64,000 nucleotides of DNA from a virus. A model generated the notes under the pieces. The model saw nothing but the letters and a program-made list of their open reading frames with translations, had not been told where the DNA came from and searched no databases. Shown here piece after piece: positions 51,265 through 60,385 of this stretch (position 1 is the stretch's first letter; every line of letters begins with the position of its first letter). Both the position numbers and the translations under genes were made by a program. The stretch spans positions 19,360-83,359 of IMG/VR virus record IMGVR_UViG_3300037502_002960, one strand, 5' to 3'.

Positions 51265-52656
51265 TTGGGAAAAAAGAAAGTAAAAATAGATTTTAATCAG
51301 AGAGTTTTTTCTATGTACGGAGAGAACCCTCCATTCTATGACAATACAGAATTTAAAGGTGTAAATGAATACATGTCTGTAAAATGTTCAAAGTGTCACA
51401 GAGAAATAAAAAACAAAGCAAGAATGTTTATTAGACCAGACAAACCTTTTAAATGCGGGTACTGTTCTGGAAAATGGAAAAATACTGAAATATTTAAAAA
51501 AGAAATTTATAATTTAGTTGGAAACAAATATACACTGATGTCTGAATATAAAGGGGCGCACGAGGTTGTTTTTATTGTTCATAATCTTTGTGGCAAAGAC
51601 TTTGAGACTACACCAAATAAATTCATAACTAAAAACAAAAGGTGCACAAGCTGTAGCGTTTCCAACGGAGAACAATTAGTAAAAGATTATTTAAATAAAA
51701 TGGAAGTTGGATACGTATATGATAGAAAATTTATAGGTAATAAAACGTGTTTATCTGAAAATGGTAGAAGTCTTAGATTTGATTTTCAAATTATAAATAA
51801 TAATGGTAATGTTTGTGGAGTCATAGAGTTTGACGGAGAACAACATAGTTCTGCAAACCATTATTTTCATGATAACGAATATAGAAATACTGATGATATA
51901 AAAAATAATTTTTGTAATAAAAATAATATTCCCATACTAAGAATAACTATATGTGAAATTTTAAAATCAAAAAATACTTTATCAACGACAGATAATATAT
52001 CTATAATTAAACTGAATGAAAAGATAGAGGGATTTATAGATGGTCTAAATGAGGACTTAGATTTAGGAAAAACTATTTTAAGCGAAAGAATAAATAGAAA
52101 AAATGAAAAAATTATAAACAAGGGGAATGATATCCTTGAAATATTAAAAGGTGAGAACTTAAACTGGAAATGGATAAAAAATTATGACAGATTATACAAA
52201 ATAAGCGACAAGGGTGATATTATTAAATTCAATTCAAAAGGAAGCCCAATTAAAAAGATGAGTAGTTTTAAAAATGGTAAATATCTTTCAGTTAATTTAA
52301 CATACAATAAAAAAACAAGTAACTATAACCTTTCAAAGTTAATATATTCTACTTTTAAAGACATTGAATATGAAAATTTGAAAGACATGTATATACAATA
52401 TAAAGACGGGAACGAAACCAACACCTCTATTGATAATCTTATATTAATATCTAGAGACGAGTGGAGTAGAAAAACTTTTAATATGAACAAAAAGGGTTGT
52501 TTCAAAATAGACCCAAAGACAAAAAACAGAACCTATTATCACCCGATATCTTCTGCCTCAAATGATGGGTATGACCCTAGTGCCATTGTAAAGTGTTGTA
52601 AAGGAAAGAATAATATGTACAAAGGATTTTACTGGGAATATGATAATTTTTACTAA
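51265..52656 (+). CDS. Free-standing homing-endonuclease-like fusion (Zn ribbons, PD-(D/E)xK/Vsr-like, NUMOD4, degenerate HNH, NUMOD1)
   Basis: LRFDF..IEFDGEQH..D.IKN.FC..NNIPILRI; WKWIKNY..LYKISDKG; YKDGN..N...NL; SAIVKCCKGK..YKGFYWEY. Confidence 0.7.
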   Translation: MGKKKVKIDFNQRVFSMYGENPPFYDNTEFKGVNEYMSVKCSKCHREIKNKARMFIRPDKPFKCGYCSGKWKNTEIFKKEIYNLVGNKYTLMSEYKGAHEVVFIVHNLCGKDFETTPNKFITKNKRCTSCSVSNGEQLVKDYLNKMEVGYVYDRKFIGNKTCLSENGRSLRFDFQIINNNGNVCGVIEFDGEQHSSANHYFHDNEYRNTDDIKNNFCNKNNIPILRITICEILKSKNTLSTTDNISIIKLNEKIEGFIDGLNEDLDLGKTILSERINRKNEKIINKGNDILEILKGENLNWKWIKNYDRLYKISDKGDIIKFNSKGSPIKKMSSFKNGKYLSVNLTYNKKTSNYNLSKLIYSTFKDIEYENLKDMYIQYKDGNETNTSIDNLILISRDEWSRKTFNMNKKGCFKIDPKTKNRTYYHPISSASNDGYDPSAIVKCCKGKNNMYKGFYWEYDNFY

Positions 52657-52774
52657 ACTCAATTTATGGGTATGTGTTATGGAGTCAAAAAGCAAAAGAA
52701 AATATTTAAAAGTTTTAAAAAACTATTGACGAATATAAATAATAATGATATAATATATTTATAAGTTAAAGGAG

Positions 52775-53005
52775 ATGATAAAAATAAGTACAGAAAACTT
52801 GGATAGAGTAATATTATTTAACACATTTATTGAAATATCTGAAAAAGTAAAAAGGTTAAGCTCTATAGTACAAAATGAACTTGACTTTGAAAATGAAGAC
52901 CTAGATGAATATTTTGAAGTATTTGATTATGTAATTATGGATTTAAAAGAACAAAAGAAAGAGATTCAACTATTTATTGAATCTCAAACAAATAGCAAGA
53001 AGTAA
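52775..53005 (+). CDS. Small acidic helical protein upstream of the CRISPR locus
   Basis: 76 aa; promoter 52726-52754. Confidence 0.5.
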   Translation: MIKISTENLDRVILFNTFIEISEKVKRLSSIVQNELDFENEDLDEYFEVFDYVIMDLKEQKKEIQLFIESQTNSKK

Positions 53006-53039
53006 GAAGACAGGATAAGGTGCTGTTATAATACAGCAC

Positions 53040-53210
53040 CGTAACTACTCTGCGCATACTTTGGTGCGCTAAACCTAGAAGTGCCAGATAGAAACAAAAT
53101 ACATATAGTCTTTTGTTTTACGAATATAATAAATCTGGTAACACTCGGTAAGTTCCACTTTGGTTGGAACGGCTGTGTTATGAAAATAGAATATAGCAGA
53201 ATGTGCAAAA
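53040..53210 (+). ncRNA. Cas12f tracrRNA
   Basis: 5' hairpin GCGCA-UACUUUGG-UGCGC whose loop CUUUG pairs with repeat 3' CAAAG; AGAAGUGCCA...UGGUAACACUCGGUAAG as recalled for AsCas12f1 tracrRNA; anti-repeat 53172-53201; boundaries approximate. Confidence 0.8.
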
Positions 53211-53352
53211 TTACTAAATTATCTTTTGAATCATAAAAATAAGTGAAATCAAAATAGCCTCTATAGAGAGGAAAAAACGACACTGGTTTACTTGTTAAAA
53301 TGATAATTTTAAGAGATTTGATGGTAGGTGTTGAAAGAATACTACTTGCGAG

Positions 53353-53586
53353 GTTTTGCCACCATTATATTTAGCACAGTAACAAAGGGAAACGGAAGTT
53401 CATGAAAGCTGGAAAACGGTTTTGCTACCATTCTATTTAGCACAGTAACAAAGGTTTGATTAATACACCAATATTCATTTTCACGTTTTGCTACCACTCT
53501 ATTTAGCACGGTAGCAAAGGGCGTTGACAGAGTTGTTTAAGAATATGTTTGTTTTGCCACCATTCTATTTAACACAAGTGGTAAAA
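53353..53586 (+). CRISPR. Mini CRISPR array: four 36-nt repeats, three 30-nt spacers
   Basis: Repeats at 53353, 53419, 53485, 53551 (last degenerate), consensus GTTTTGCTACCATTCTATTTAGCACAGTAACAAAGG; exact 66-nt period. Confidence 0.95.
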
Positions 53587-53644
53587 AACAAATAAAATAG
53601 CGAGTATATTAACATTAACAAAATAAAAGAGTAGAGGTATTAAC

Positions 53645-55078
53645 ATGACAACAAAAACACTTAAAATAAAGATTGTAAAACCGCTAGATACAGACTGGAA
53701 AGAATTTGGTGAAATTTTAAAAGATATTCAATATGACTCTTGGAAATTATCTAATAAAATGATTCAAGGGCTATGGGAGTTTAATAATGAAAATTTTAAA
53801 TACAAAGAAAGAACTGGTAATTACATTGACCTAAAAAAAGATAGGTTATTATTTAAAGACCTAGGCAATAGTAAAAAATATTATACAAATGTCTTGTCCG
53901 ATATAAAAAACCTCTTAAAGAAAGAAGCATACAAACTAAGTAGCAGAGGGTATCAAGCTTTAGGAAAGATGGTTAATGACTCTTGGAATATTCACTACCA
54001 AGATATCGTTAATGGAAGGGAATCAATTATCAACTTTAAAAAAAACTTACCAATTGAACTTCACAACTTACAAATGATGAACAATATAACAAAAGAGCTG
54101 ACACTTAAAAAACAAGACATTAAAGGTAAAGACTGGTACGAAATCTCGTTTAATCTAATTTCAAAAACCTATTCGAAAGAACTTGGCTACAAAAATGGAT
54201 GGTTTAGAGTTGCTCTTGATGTACGAGATAATTATCAGAAAGCTATTGTTGATAGAGTTATTAGTAAAGAGTATAAATTATCTATGAGCAAGTTAACACA
54301 AGATAAAAAAGGTAATTGGTATTTCATGATGGCTTATACGTTTGAACCAAAAAAGAAAGAATTGAATAAAGAAAGAATTATGGGAATTGATTTAGGTGTA
54401 AACATTCCTGCTGTTATTGCAATTAATGATGATAATTACTATAAGCAAAATGTTGGTAGCAGAAAAGAGATTCAAGATTTTGAAAAACAAGTCATTGCAC
54501 GTAAGAAAAGTTTACAAAATCAACGTAAACATTGTGGAGATGGCAGTATTGGTCGTGGGATTAAAACAAGGTTAAAGCCTTTAGATAAGATTGGTAATAA
54601 AATTTCAAACTTTAAAAACACTAAAAATCATTGTTGGAGTCGATATATCGTTGATGAGGCTGTTAAAAATGAGTGTGGTGTAATTCAAATGGAAGATTTA
54701 AGCGGTATCTCAGACAACAATAAGTTTTTAAAGACTTGGACGTATTATGATTTACAACAAAAAATCGCTTATAAAGCTAAAGAAGTTGGTATTGATATTA
54801 AAATGATTAAACCATCGCACACATCAGCACGTTGTAGCAAGTGTGGTCACATCCATAAAAAAGAAGACAAACCTTTATGGAGACCAACGCAAGAACAGTT
54901 TAAATGTATGAATTGTGATTATGGTCATAGACGTTTTGTTAATGCGGATTTTAACGCATCTAAAAATATAGCAACAAAAGACATTGAAAAGATTATTGAA
55001 AAGCAGTTAAAAGAACAGAAAAAGAAAGAAAACATTAATTTGAAAAAGAATTATGATTTAGTAGAAGAAAATATGTAG
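53645..55078 (+). CDS. cas12f: Cas12f1 (type V-F, AsCas12f1-like) RNA-guided nuclease
   Basis: IVKPLD.DWKEFG.IL N-terminus, RuvC GIDLG / QMEDL / NADFNA intact, WTYYDLQQKI.YKA, CSKCG..CMNC; adjacent array and tracrRNA. Confidence 0.92.
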   Translation: MTTKTLKIKIVKPLDTDWKEFGEILKDIQYDSWKLSNKMIQGLWEFNNENFKYKERTGNYIDLKKDRLLFKDLGNSKKYYTNVLSDIKNLLKKEAYKLSSRGYQALGKMVNDSWNIHYQDIVNGRESIINFKKNLPIELHNLQMMNNITKELTLKKQDIKGKDWYEISFNLISKTYSKELGYKNGWFRVALDVRDNYQKAIVDRVISKEYKLSMSKLTQDKKGNWYFMMAYTFEPKKKELNKERIMGIDLGVNIPAVIAINDDNYYKQNVGSRKEIQDFEKQVIARKKSLQNQRKHCGDGSIGRGIKTRLKPLDKIGNKISNFKNTKNHCWSRYIVDEAVKNECGVIQMEDLSGISDNNKFLKTWTYYDLQQKIAYKAKEVGIDIKMIKPSHTSARCSKCGHIHKKEDKPLWRPTQEQFKCMNCDYGHRRFVNADFNASKNIATKDIEKIIEKQLKEQKKKENINLKKNYDLVEENM

Positions 55079-55102
55079 TTAAAAATTAGGAGGAGTTTTT
55101 TT

Positions 55103-55423
55103 ATGGGAAAAGTAGTAGTTAGTATTTATCACACATATGGCAAAGGTGACGGAGAAGAGTTGTCTGACAGATATATTATTAATAATACAAAAGAAGAGCG
55201 TGAAGGTATTTTTGAAACTTTTGGTTATGATGAAGCTGTAGACAATAAAAAAGATTTCATTAATGGTAAAATTGACCAATTCAGTTTTGATAAGTTTGGT
55301 GGGGATTGGGATGAACCAACAGGTGGATATATTTTAATTGATACAAAAGAAGAACTTGTTTCTCAAGCAGAGAATAACTATAAAAAAGAATTAGCTAAAA
55401 TTGATGAGTTATTTTCTCGTTAA
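55103..55423 (+). CDS. Hypothetical protein
   Basis: 106 aa, AGGAGG RBS. Confidence 0.6.
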   Translation: MGKVVVSIYHTYGKGDGEELSDRYIINNTKEEREGIFETFGYDEAVDNKKDFINGKIDQFSFDKFGGDWDEPTGGYILIDTKEELVSQAENNYKKELAKIDELFSR

Positions 55424-55443
55424 ATTTAGACAGGAGGGAAAGT

Positions 55444-55899
55444 ATGTTAAAATTTTGTGTGGAACAATGGGATAAAAACAAGAATTTATTAAGAGATGAT
55501 ATTGAGTTTGACAAAGAATTTTACAAATATTGTTATTATAAAGACCTTGTTTCTAAAATTGTTGAAATTATTTTTAATACAGATAATGAAAAAAAGTGTG
55601 ACATTGAAAATATCACATGTGTTGATAACGGTGACTATCAAGGTGTTCAACTGTTTTTAATACCAAGGGATTGTTATCAACCGACCGAAACAGAATATTT
55701 AATGACATATGTTAATTATGGTTCATGTAGTGGATGTGACACTCTATTGTATGCTCAAAGCAGTGATGATACACTTGTTAATGATATTATGACACTATCA
55801 TTACATATTGTACAAAACACAACGAAACCATATAAGGGCGGATGGGGATATTATAATTTTGAAAATGTGGAGGTTGATAAAGATTATGGGAAAAACTAA
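55444..55899 (+). CDS. Hypothetical phage protein (YGSCSGCD motif)
   Basis: GDYQG..., YGSCSGCD. Confidence 0.6.
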   Translation: MLKFCVEQWDKNKNLLRDDIEFDKEFYKYCYYKDLVSKIVEIIFNTDNEKKCDIENITCVDNGDYQGVQLFLIPRDCYQPTETEYLMTYVNYGSCSGCDTLLYAQSSDDTLVNDIMTLSLHIVQNTTKPYKGGWGYYNFENVEVDKDYGKN

Positions 55900-56374
55900 G
55901 GTTGTTATCAAAGAAGTTGGGTTTAAATTTTCACCCAGTGTTTATGATAAAGCTAATGTAGGTTTAAGCGCAGGCTATAATGTAAAATTGACTGAATCTA
56001 TGTACGTCTACGATGCTGTTTTTATGAATATTGATGCAGATACTGTTTCTGTTGGAAGTAAAATTAATTACGGTGAAAAATATTATATTGTTGAAAGTGT
56101 AGAAACTTTACATATAGTTGGAGATGAATTAGAGCAAGATGTAAAAAAAGTAATTAATGTAAGACCAGAAAAAGATAATCTAGAAAATAAGGAAACAACT
56201 ATCTCTTATAGCAGTTTGATTGAATTTGAAAAAGAGCTGAAAAAACAACTTGAAGACAAACAATATGAATATTTAATTGCAAAAGAAAAAATTCGTGAAC
56301 TAGACTGTAAACTAGGAGCATATAAAAATAAACACAAAAAACTTAAAAAACTACTGTTTTTCTGGAAAAGGTAA
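55886..56374 (+). CDS. Hypothetical protein
   Basis: Likely start MGKTK after GGAGG. Confidence 0.5.
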   Translation: MGKTKVVIKEVGFKFSPSVYDKANVGLSAGYNVKLTESMYVYDAVFMNIDADTVSVGSKINYGEKYYIVESVETLHIVGDELEQDVKKVINVRPEKDNLENKETTISYSSLIEFEKELKKQLEDKQYEYLIAKEKIRELDCKLGAYKNKHKKLKKLLFFWKR

Positions 56375-56393
56375 AAATAAAGGAGGGTCGATA

Positions 56394-56705
56394 ATGGACG
56401 TAATTAAAAGAATAGATATCAAAGAGTTTCGAGAAAAAGGGTATCTACAAGAAATTAATAGACAATTTTTACACCCCTTGGGATTAGCTTTAGAGATTAT
56501 TTTTGATGAAGATGGTGTAGAGCATTTGGGTGGTATATGGGATTATCGTGAAGACCCAGAAGGCATTTATTTTTCTGAAGAAATTGTTAAATTAGATAGA
56601 TTTAGTGATTCCATAGAGTTTATCGAAAACGAAAAGAAAAAGAGGGAAAATGAGAGAATTAAAAAATTTGGCAGTGTAATACAAACCCCTGGTAAAAAAG
56701 ACTGA
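56394..56705 (+). CDS. Hypothetical phage protein
   Basis: GYLQEINRQFLHPLGLAL, AGGAGG RBS. Confidence 0.6.
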   Translation: MDVIKRIDIKEFREKGYLQEINRQFLHPLGLALEIIFDEDGVEHLGGIWDYREDPEGIYFSEEIVKLDRFSDSIEFIENEKKKRENERIKKFGSVIQTPGKKD

Positions 56706-56909
56706 TTTTTATAGTTTTAAGAATCCCCTCTATAGAGCATAAAAAAGGGTACTAAAAAACTTGATAAAAGAATAGTTTTATCAACAACAAATCTAAAAAT
56801 AAGGTATATATAAAAATATGCCTTATTTTTCTATTTAGGCATATTTACCCTTGACAAAAATCAATAATAATAGTATAATTATATTATGATACAAAAAGGA
56901 GGAGAAAAA

Positions 56910-57503
56910 ATGGGCAGAGTAGTTAAATGTCAATATTGTGGCGAAAAAGATACAGAAACTCAAGATATGGAGTTTGAGGTTGTAGGTGTTTCTAAGCCAC
57001 AAAAAAAGTATTATCACAAACAATGTTACCCTAATTATCTAGAAGAAAAAGAATTCAAAGAGAAAGAGCGCAAAGAAAAGGATGAATTAGTAGAGGTAAT
57101 TAAAGATATTTACGGTGTTAAAGACTTACCATATCAAGTATTCCCTTTACTTGAAAGCTTAAGAAACGGTGAGCAAGTTTTTGGGGGAAGAAAAGAAAAC
57201 AAGCGATATAAACAAGGTTATACCTACCCCATTATTATGGAAACATATAAATATTGCCAAGATACCATTGAGTATTGGAATAGTGTTAAGAATTTTGACG
57301 GGTTTATTGGTGCATTTAAATATGGGTTATCGATTGTTTTAGACAAGTTATACATAGTAGAATCAAGAGAAAAAGAAAAAGAGCAAAAAGAAAAAATTAT
57401 GGATTCGTTTATGGATAATAATGCAGGATTCCATGACGAGTTTACTACAAATTATAAAAAGAAAAACAATAAGAATGATGACATTTTAGATTTTCTTGAT
57501 TGA
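56910..57503 (+). CDS. Replication-associated Zn-binding protein (YorH-like; possible helicase loader)
   Basis: CQYCG..YYHKQC; promoter 56851-56879; upstream of helicase. Confidence 0.6.
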   Translation: MGRVVKCQYCGEKDTETQDMEFEVVGVSKPQKKYYHKQCYPNYLEEKEFKEKERKEKDELVEVIKDIYGVKDLPYQVFPLLESLRNGEQVFGGRKENKRYKQGYTYPIIMETYKYCQDTIEYWNSVKNFDGFIGAFKYGLSIVLDKLYIVESREKEKEQKEKIMDSFMDNNAGFHDEFTTNYKKKNNKNDDILDFLD

Positions 57504-57516
57504 GAGGTAGATTTTA

Positions 57517-59049
57517 TTGGCAAAAGATAAAACAGATGAGCTTATTAAGAAACAGGTAGAAGAAATTAACAAAACTGCCGAGGTAAACGAATCATATTTG
57601 ATTGGCTTATTGTGGTCAGACCCATTTGAAAACTATACAGAATATAGTGAAGTCCTAAACCAAGATGAATTTATCCATGATGTATGGGGATTCTTTTTTG
57701 AATTTGGTCGAAGAATGTTTAAAGATGGTGTTAATAAATTTGATGAAATTACTGTAAAAATGAAGTTAAAAGAGTATAATATTGAAGAAGAATTTAATAG
57801 CTATAACGGTTTCAGCACAATTCATGATGTAGTAGATATTGTACAGCACTATAAAGATAATATTGAATACTATTATGAAACAGTAAAAAAGAATTATGTT
57901 GTTAGACAGCTTTTTCTTCTCTTTGGAAAAAAGGTTTTACTTGCATCTGGTAAGTATGACTGGAAAAAGATGAATCGTGAACAGTTGGTTAAATATTGGA
58001 ATGATAAACTTAATAACATATCTATGAACAATGTTTCTACATATGATATCGAAAACCTTTATATTGAGGCTGATGAGTTTATTGAAAGGCTAGAAAAAGA
58101 TGCGTCTGATATGCTACCATACTACAACAGTAAACTATTAAATACAATCTCTCAAGGTACACCACGTGGACACGTAACAATGATTGGCGGTTTTGGGGGT
58201 AGTGGTAAATCAAGTATCACGGCATCTAAATTTATTATGTCTTGTATAGAAAATAAAGAGAGAACAATTGTTGTCTTAAATGAGGAAGATGCGCAGGCTT
58301 TTAGACAGAAAATTGTTTTAACAATACTTTACTATGAGTTCTCTACTGGTATTGACAGAAAAAGAATGGTCAATGGTAGTTTAGACGAAAAAGATAAAGT
58401 AAAAATCAGACATGCATTTAAACGCATGAAAGAGCTTATGGATGGTGAAGATGCCTTAATCAAGGTTTTATTTATGGAAAGATATGTAATGAAAGACCTT
58501 GAGAAAATTGTAAGATTTTGGGCTAATAGAGGTTATGATAATTTGCTTATCGATACGCACAAGCCATCAGATGATTCAGAGCATGATTCCAGATGGGAGA
58601 CATTTACGGAAGATATGAAAACAATTTATCGATGGACACGTAAGAATGCGGGAGGTATGAACCTTAGAACAGTGGTGACATTCCAGTTAGCTGATACCGC
58701 TGTCAGATACAGATATTTAGATTTTGAGGCTATTGGTGAGGGTAAAAAAGCTAAGAACGAGGCTTCAATCATGTATATGTTTAGAACAGCTTGGGCTGAT
58801 GAATATGAGGGTGGTAAAAGAGAGCTTGACTGTTATACTCTCAAAAAGATGCCTAATGGGGAATATGGTAAAGTACCTTTTAAGCTAGAAAGTGGTAAAA
58901 CATACTATCTTTGGTTTACACCTAAAAACAGGTTTGGGCAAGCAAATGATACAGGGTTACCAGTATTAATTGTAGAGCCAATGTTTAATGCTAACGTGTT
59001 TAAAGAAATAGGTTGGTGTTATGTAGCAAATGATAAATCTGGTAGATAA
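57517..59049 (+). CDS. DnaB-like replicative helicase (YorI-like)
   Basis: GGFGGSGKS, LNEED, LIDT, TFQL, KNRFG. Confidence 0.85.
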   Translation: MAKDKTDELIKKQVEEINKTAEVNESYLIGLLWSDPFENYTEYSEVLNQDEFIHDVWGFFFEFGRRMFKDGVNKFDEITVKMKLKEYNIEEEFNSYNGFSTIHDVVDIVQHYKDNIEYYYETVKKNYVVRQLFLLFGKKVLLASGKYDWKKMNREQLVKYWNDKLNNISMNNVSTYDIENLYIEADEFIERLEKDASDMLPYYNSKLLNTISQGTPRGHVTMIGGFGGSGKSSITASKFIMSCIENKERTIVVLNEEDAQAFRQKIVLTILYYEFSTGIDRKRMVNGSLDEKDKVKIRHAFKRMKELMDGEDALIKVLFMERYVMKDLEKIVRFWANRGYDNLLIDTHKPSDDSEHDSRWETFTEDMKTIYRWTRKNAGGMNLRTVVTFQLADTAVRYRYLDFEAIGEGKKAKNEASIMYMFRTAWADEYEGGKRELDCYTLKKMPNGEYGKVPFKLESGKTYYLWFTPKNRFGQANDTGLPVLIVEPMFNANVFKEIGWCYVANDKSGR

Positions 59050-59107
59050 TCTATTGACTAATGTAAAAAATAATGGTATAATGTATTTATCATGTTGTTG
59101 AGAAGGT

Positions 59108-60199
59108 GTGATAATGTCCGATTTAAAATTAATTAAAAATAGACTTAGGGATTATGACAAGATTGAAAAATTATTAGAGAAGATGGGTTGTGAATATGTT
59201 AAAATGGAACAAGGTGGTGACTTGGTTACAGCCATGTTACCGCCCAAGTTCAACAGCAGTAATAAAAGAGCTTTACAAGTTAGAATGAACGACTCAATAT
59301 ATTGTCAAATAAGAAATCGTGGAGATTTTAATGGTGGTAGCATATTCGACTTAGTTTCATATATTCAATTTGATAAACGTGGAGAAAAAGAAATAAATAA
59401 AAATTTACCAAAATCAAAGGAATATATATGTAAAACTTTTGGTTGGGAAGAGTATTTAGGTAATAAAAACAATGTATTTGTGAAAGATTACACAGCTTCA
59501 TTGAAAGAGCTTATTGGTGGTAAAAGAAAACGAAACAATTTTGTTCCAAATGAGGTTATTAGTGAATCTATACTAAATCAGTTTTACATTGATAATCAAC
59601 CAGTGCCATATTATGAATGGGTAAAAGAGGGTATACCATCATATGTACAAAGGTTATATGGTATCGGCTTTGACTTACTTAGTAGACGTGTAACAATACC
59701 TTTAAGAAATACAAAAGGTCAATTAGTTGGAGTAAAGGGTCGTACAGTTGAAGAAAAAGATAAAGAAGATAGAAAATATTTGTACTTATATCGATGTAAT
59801 AATAGATATGAATGGTTTAATTTCTATATTGCTAAAGATTATATTATAAAAAGTAAAAAAGTTTTCATTTTTGAATCAGAAAAATCTGTTATGAAAGCAG
59901 TTTCATACGGGTATTTTAATTGTTTATCAATAGGTGCTACAGATATTTCTTCTGAGCAATCGAATCTTTTAAATAGCTTAGGTGAAGATATTGAAAAAGT
60001 TTTATGCTATGACAAGGACAAAACGATTGATGAAGTTACTGAACAGGTAAATAGATTGGGTTCAAATAATGTTTATGCGATGATTGACACCGATGATTTT
60101 CTTGAAGGCAAAGACGCTCCAGTAGACAAGGGTAAAGTTATCTGGGAAAATTTAGTAGACAATTATGTGTATGAACTTTCAACAGAGAAGCAAGAGTAA
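59108..60199 (+). CDS. DNA primase, TOPRIM (YorJ-like)
   Basis: RVTIPLR..G.LVGVKGR, KYLY, FESEKSV, CYDKD. Confidence 0.85.
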   Translation: MIMSDLKLIKNRLRDYDKIEKLLEKMGCEYVKMEQGGDLVTAMLPPKFNSSNKRALQVRMNDSIYCQIRNRGDFNGGSIFDLVSYIQFDKRGEKEINKNLPKSKEYICKTFGWEEYLGNKNNVFVKDYTASLKELIGGKRKRNNFVPNEVISESILNQFYIDNQPVPYYEWVKEGIPSYVQRLYGIGFDLLSRRVTIPLRNTKGQLVGVKGRTVEEKDKEDRKYLYLYRCNNRYEWFNFYIAKDYIIKSKKVFIFESEKSVMKAVSYGYFNCLSIGATDISSEQSNLLNSLGEDIEKVLCYDKDKTIDEVTEQVNRLGSNNVYAMIDTDDFLEGKDAPVDKGKVIWENLVDNYVYELSTEKQE

Positions 60200-60241
60200 A
60201 AAATAATGATATAAAAATAATGTTTATAAAGGGGTTTTTCT

Positions 60242-60385
60242 ATGAGTTACAGTTTAAAAGATATTGAAAATGGTTACGTAGAAATGGGCAAGATTAATTT
60301 AGAAATCAGCGAAAGTTGGTTTGTGGCAGAAAATGAATCAATGAAAAACCTTGAAAGTAATATTGGTGGTGTTGAAAATGAGTAA
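60242..60385 (+). CDS. MazE/NdoAI C-terminal-like antitoxin peptide (47 aa, not in track)
   Basis: MSYSLKDIENGYVEMGKINLEISESWFVAENESMKNLESNIGGVENE; GY.EM..INL.IS....AE.E motif; AAAGGGG RBS. Confidence 0.75.
   Translation: MSYSLKDIENGYVEMGKINLEISESWFVAENESMKNLESNIGGVENE

Noticed and set aside
53026-53283. 85-aa minus-strand ORF
   Set aside because: Antisense to the tracrRNA; no convincing RBS or coding character
53524-53552. Spacer 3 acting as the cas12f promoter
   Set aside because: No -10 hexamer at 16-18 nt from its TTGACA
53645-55078. IS200/IS605 TnpB transposon
   Set aside because: No tnpA or transposon ends evident; adjacent CRISPR array and tracrRNA with anti-repeat identify Cas12f
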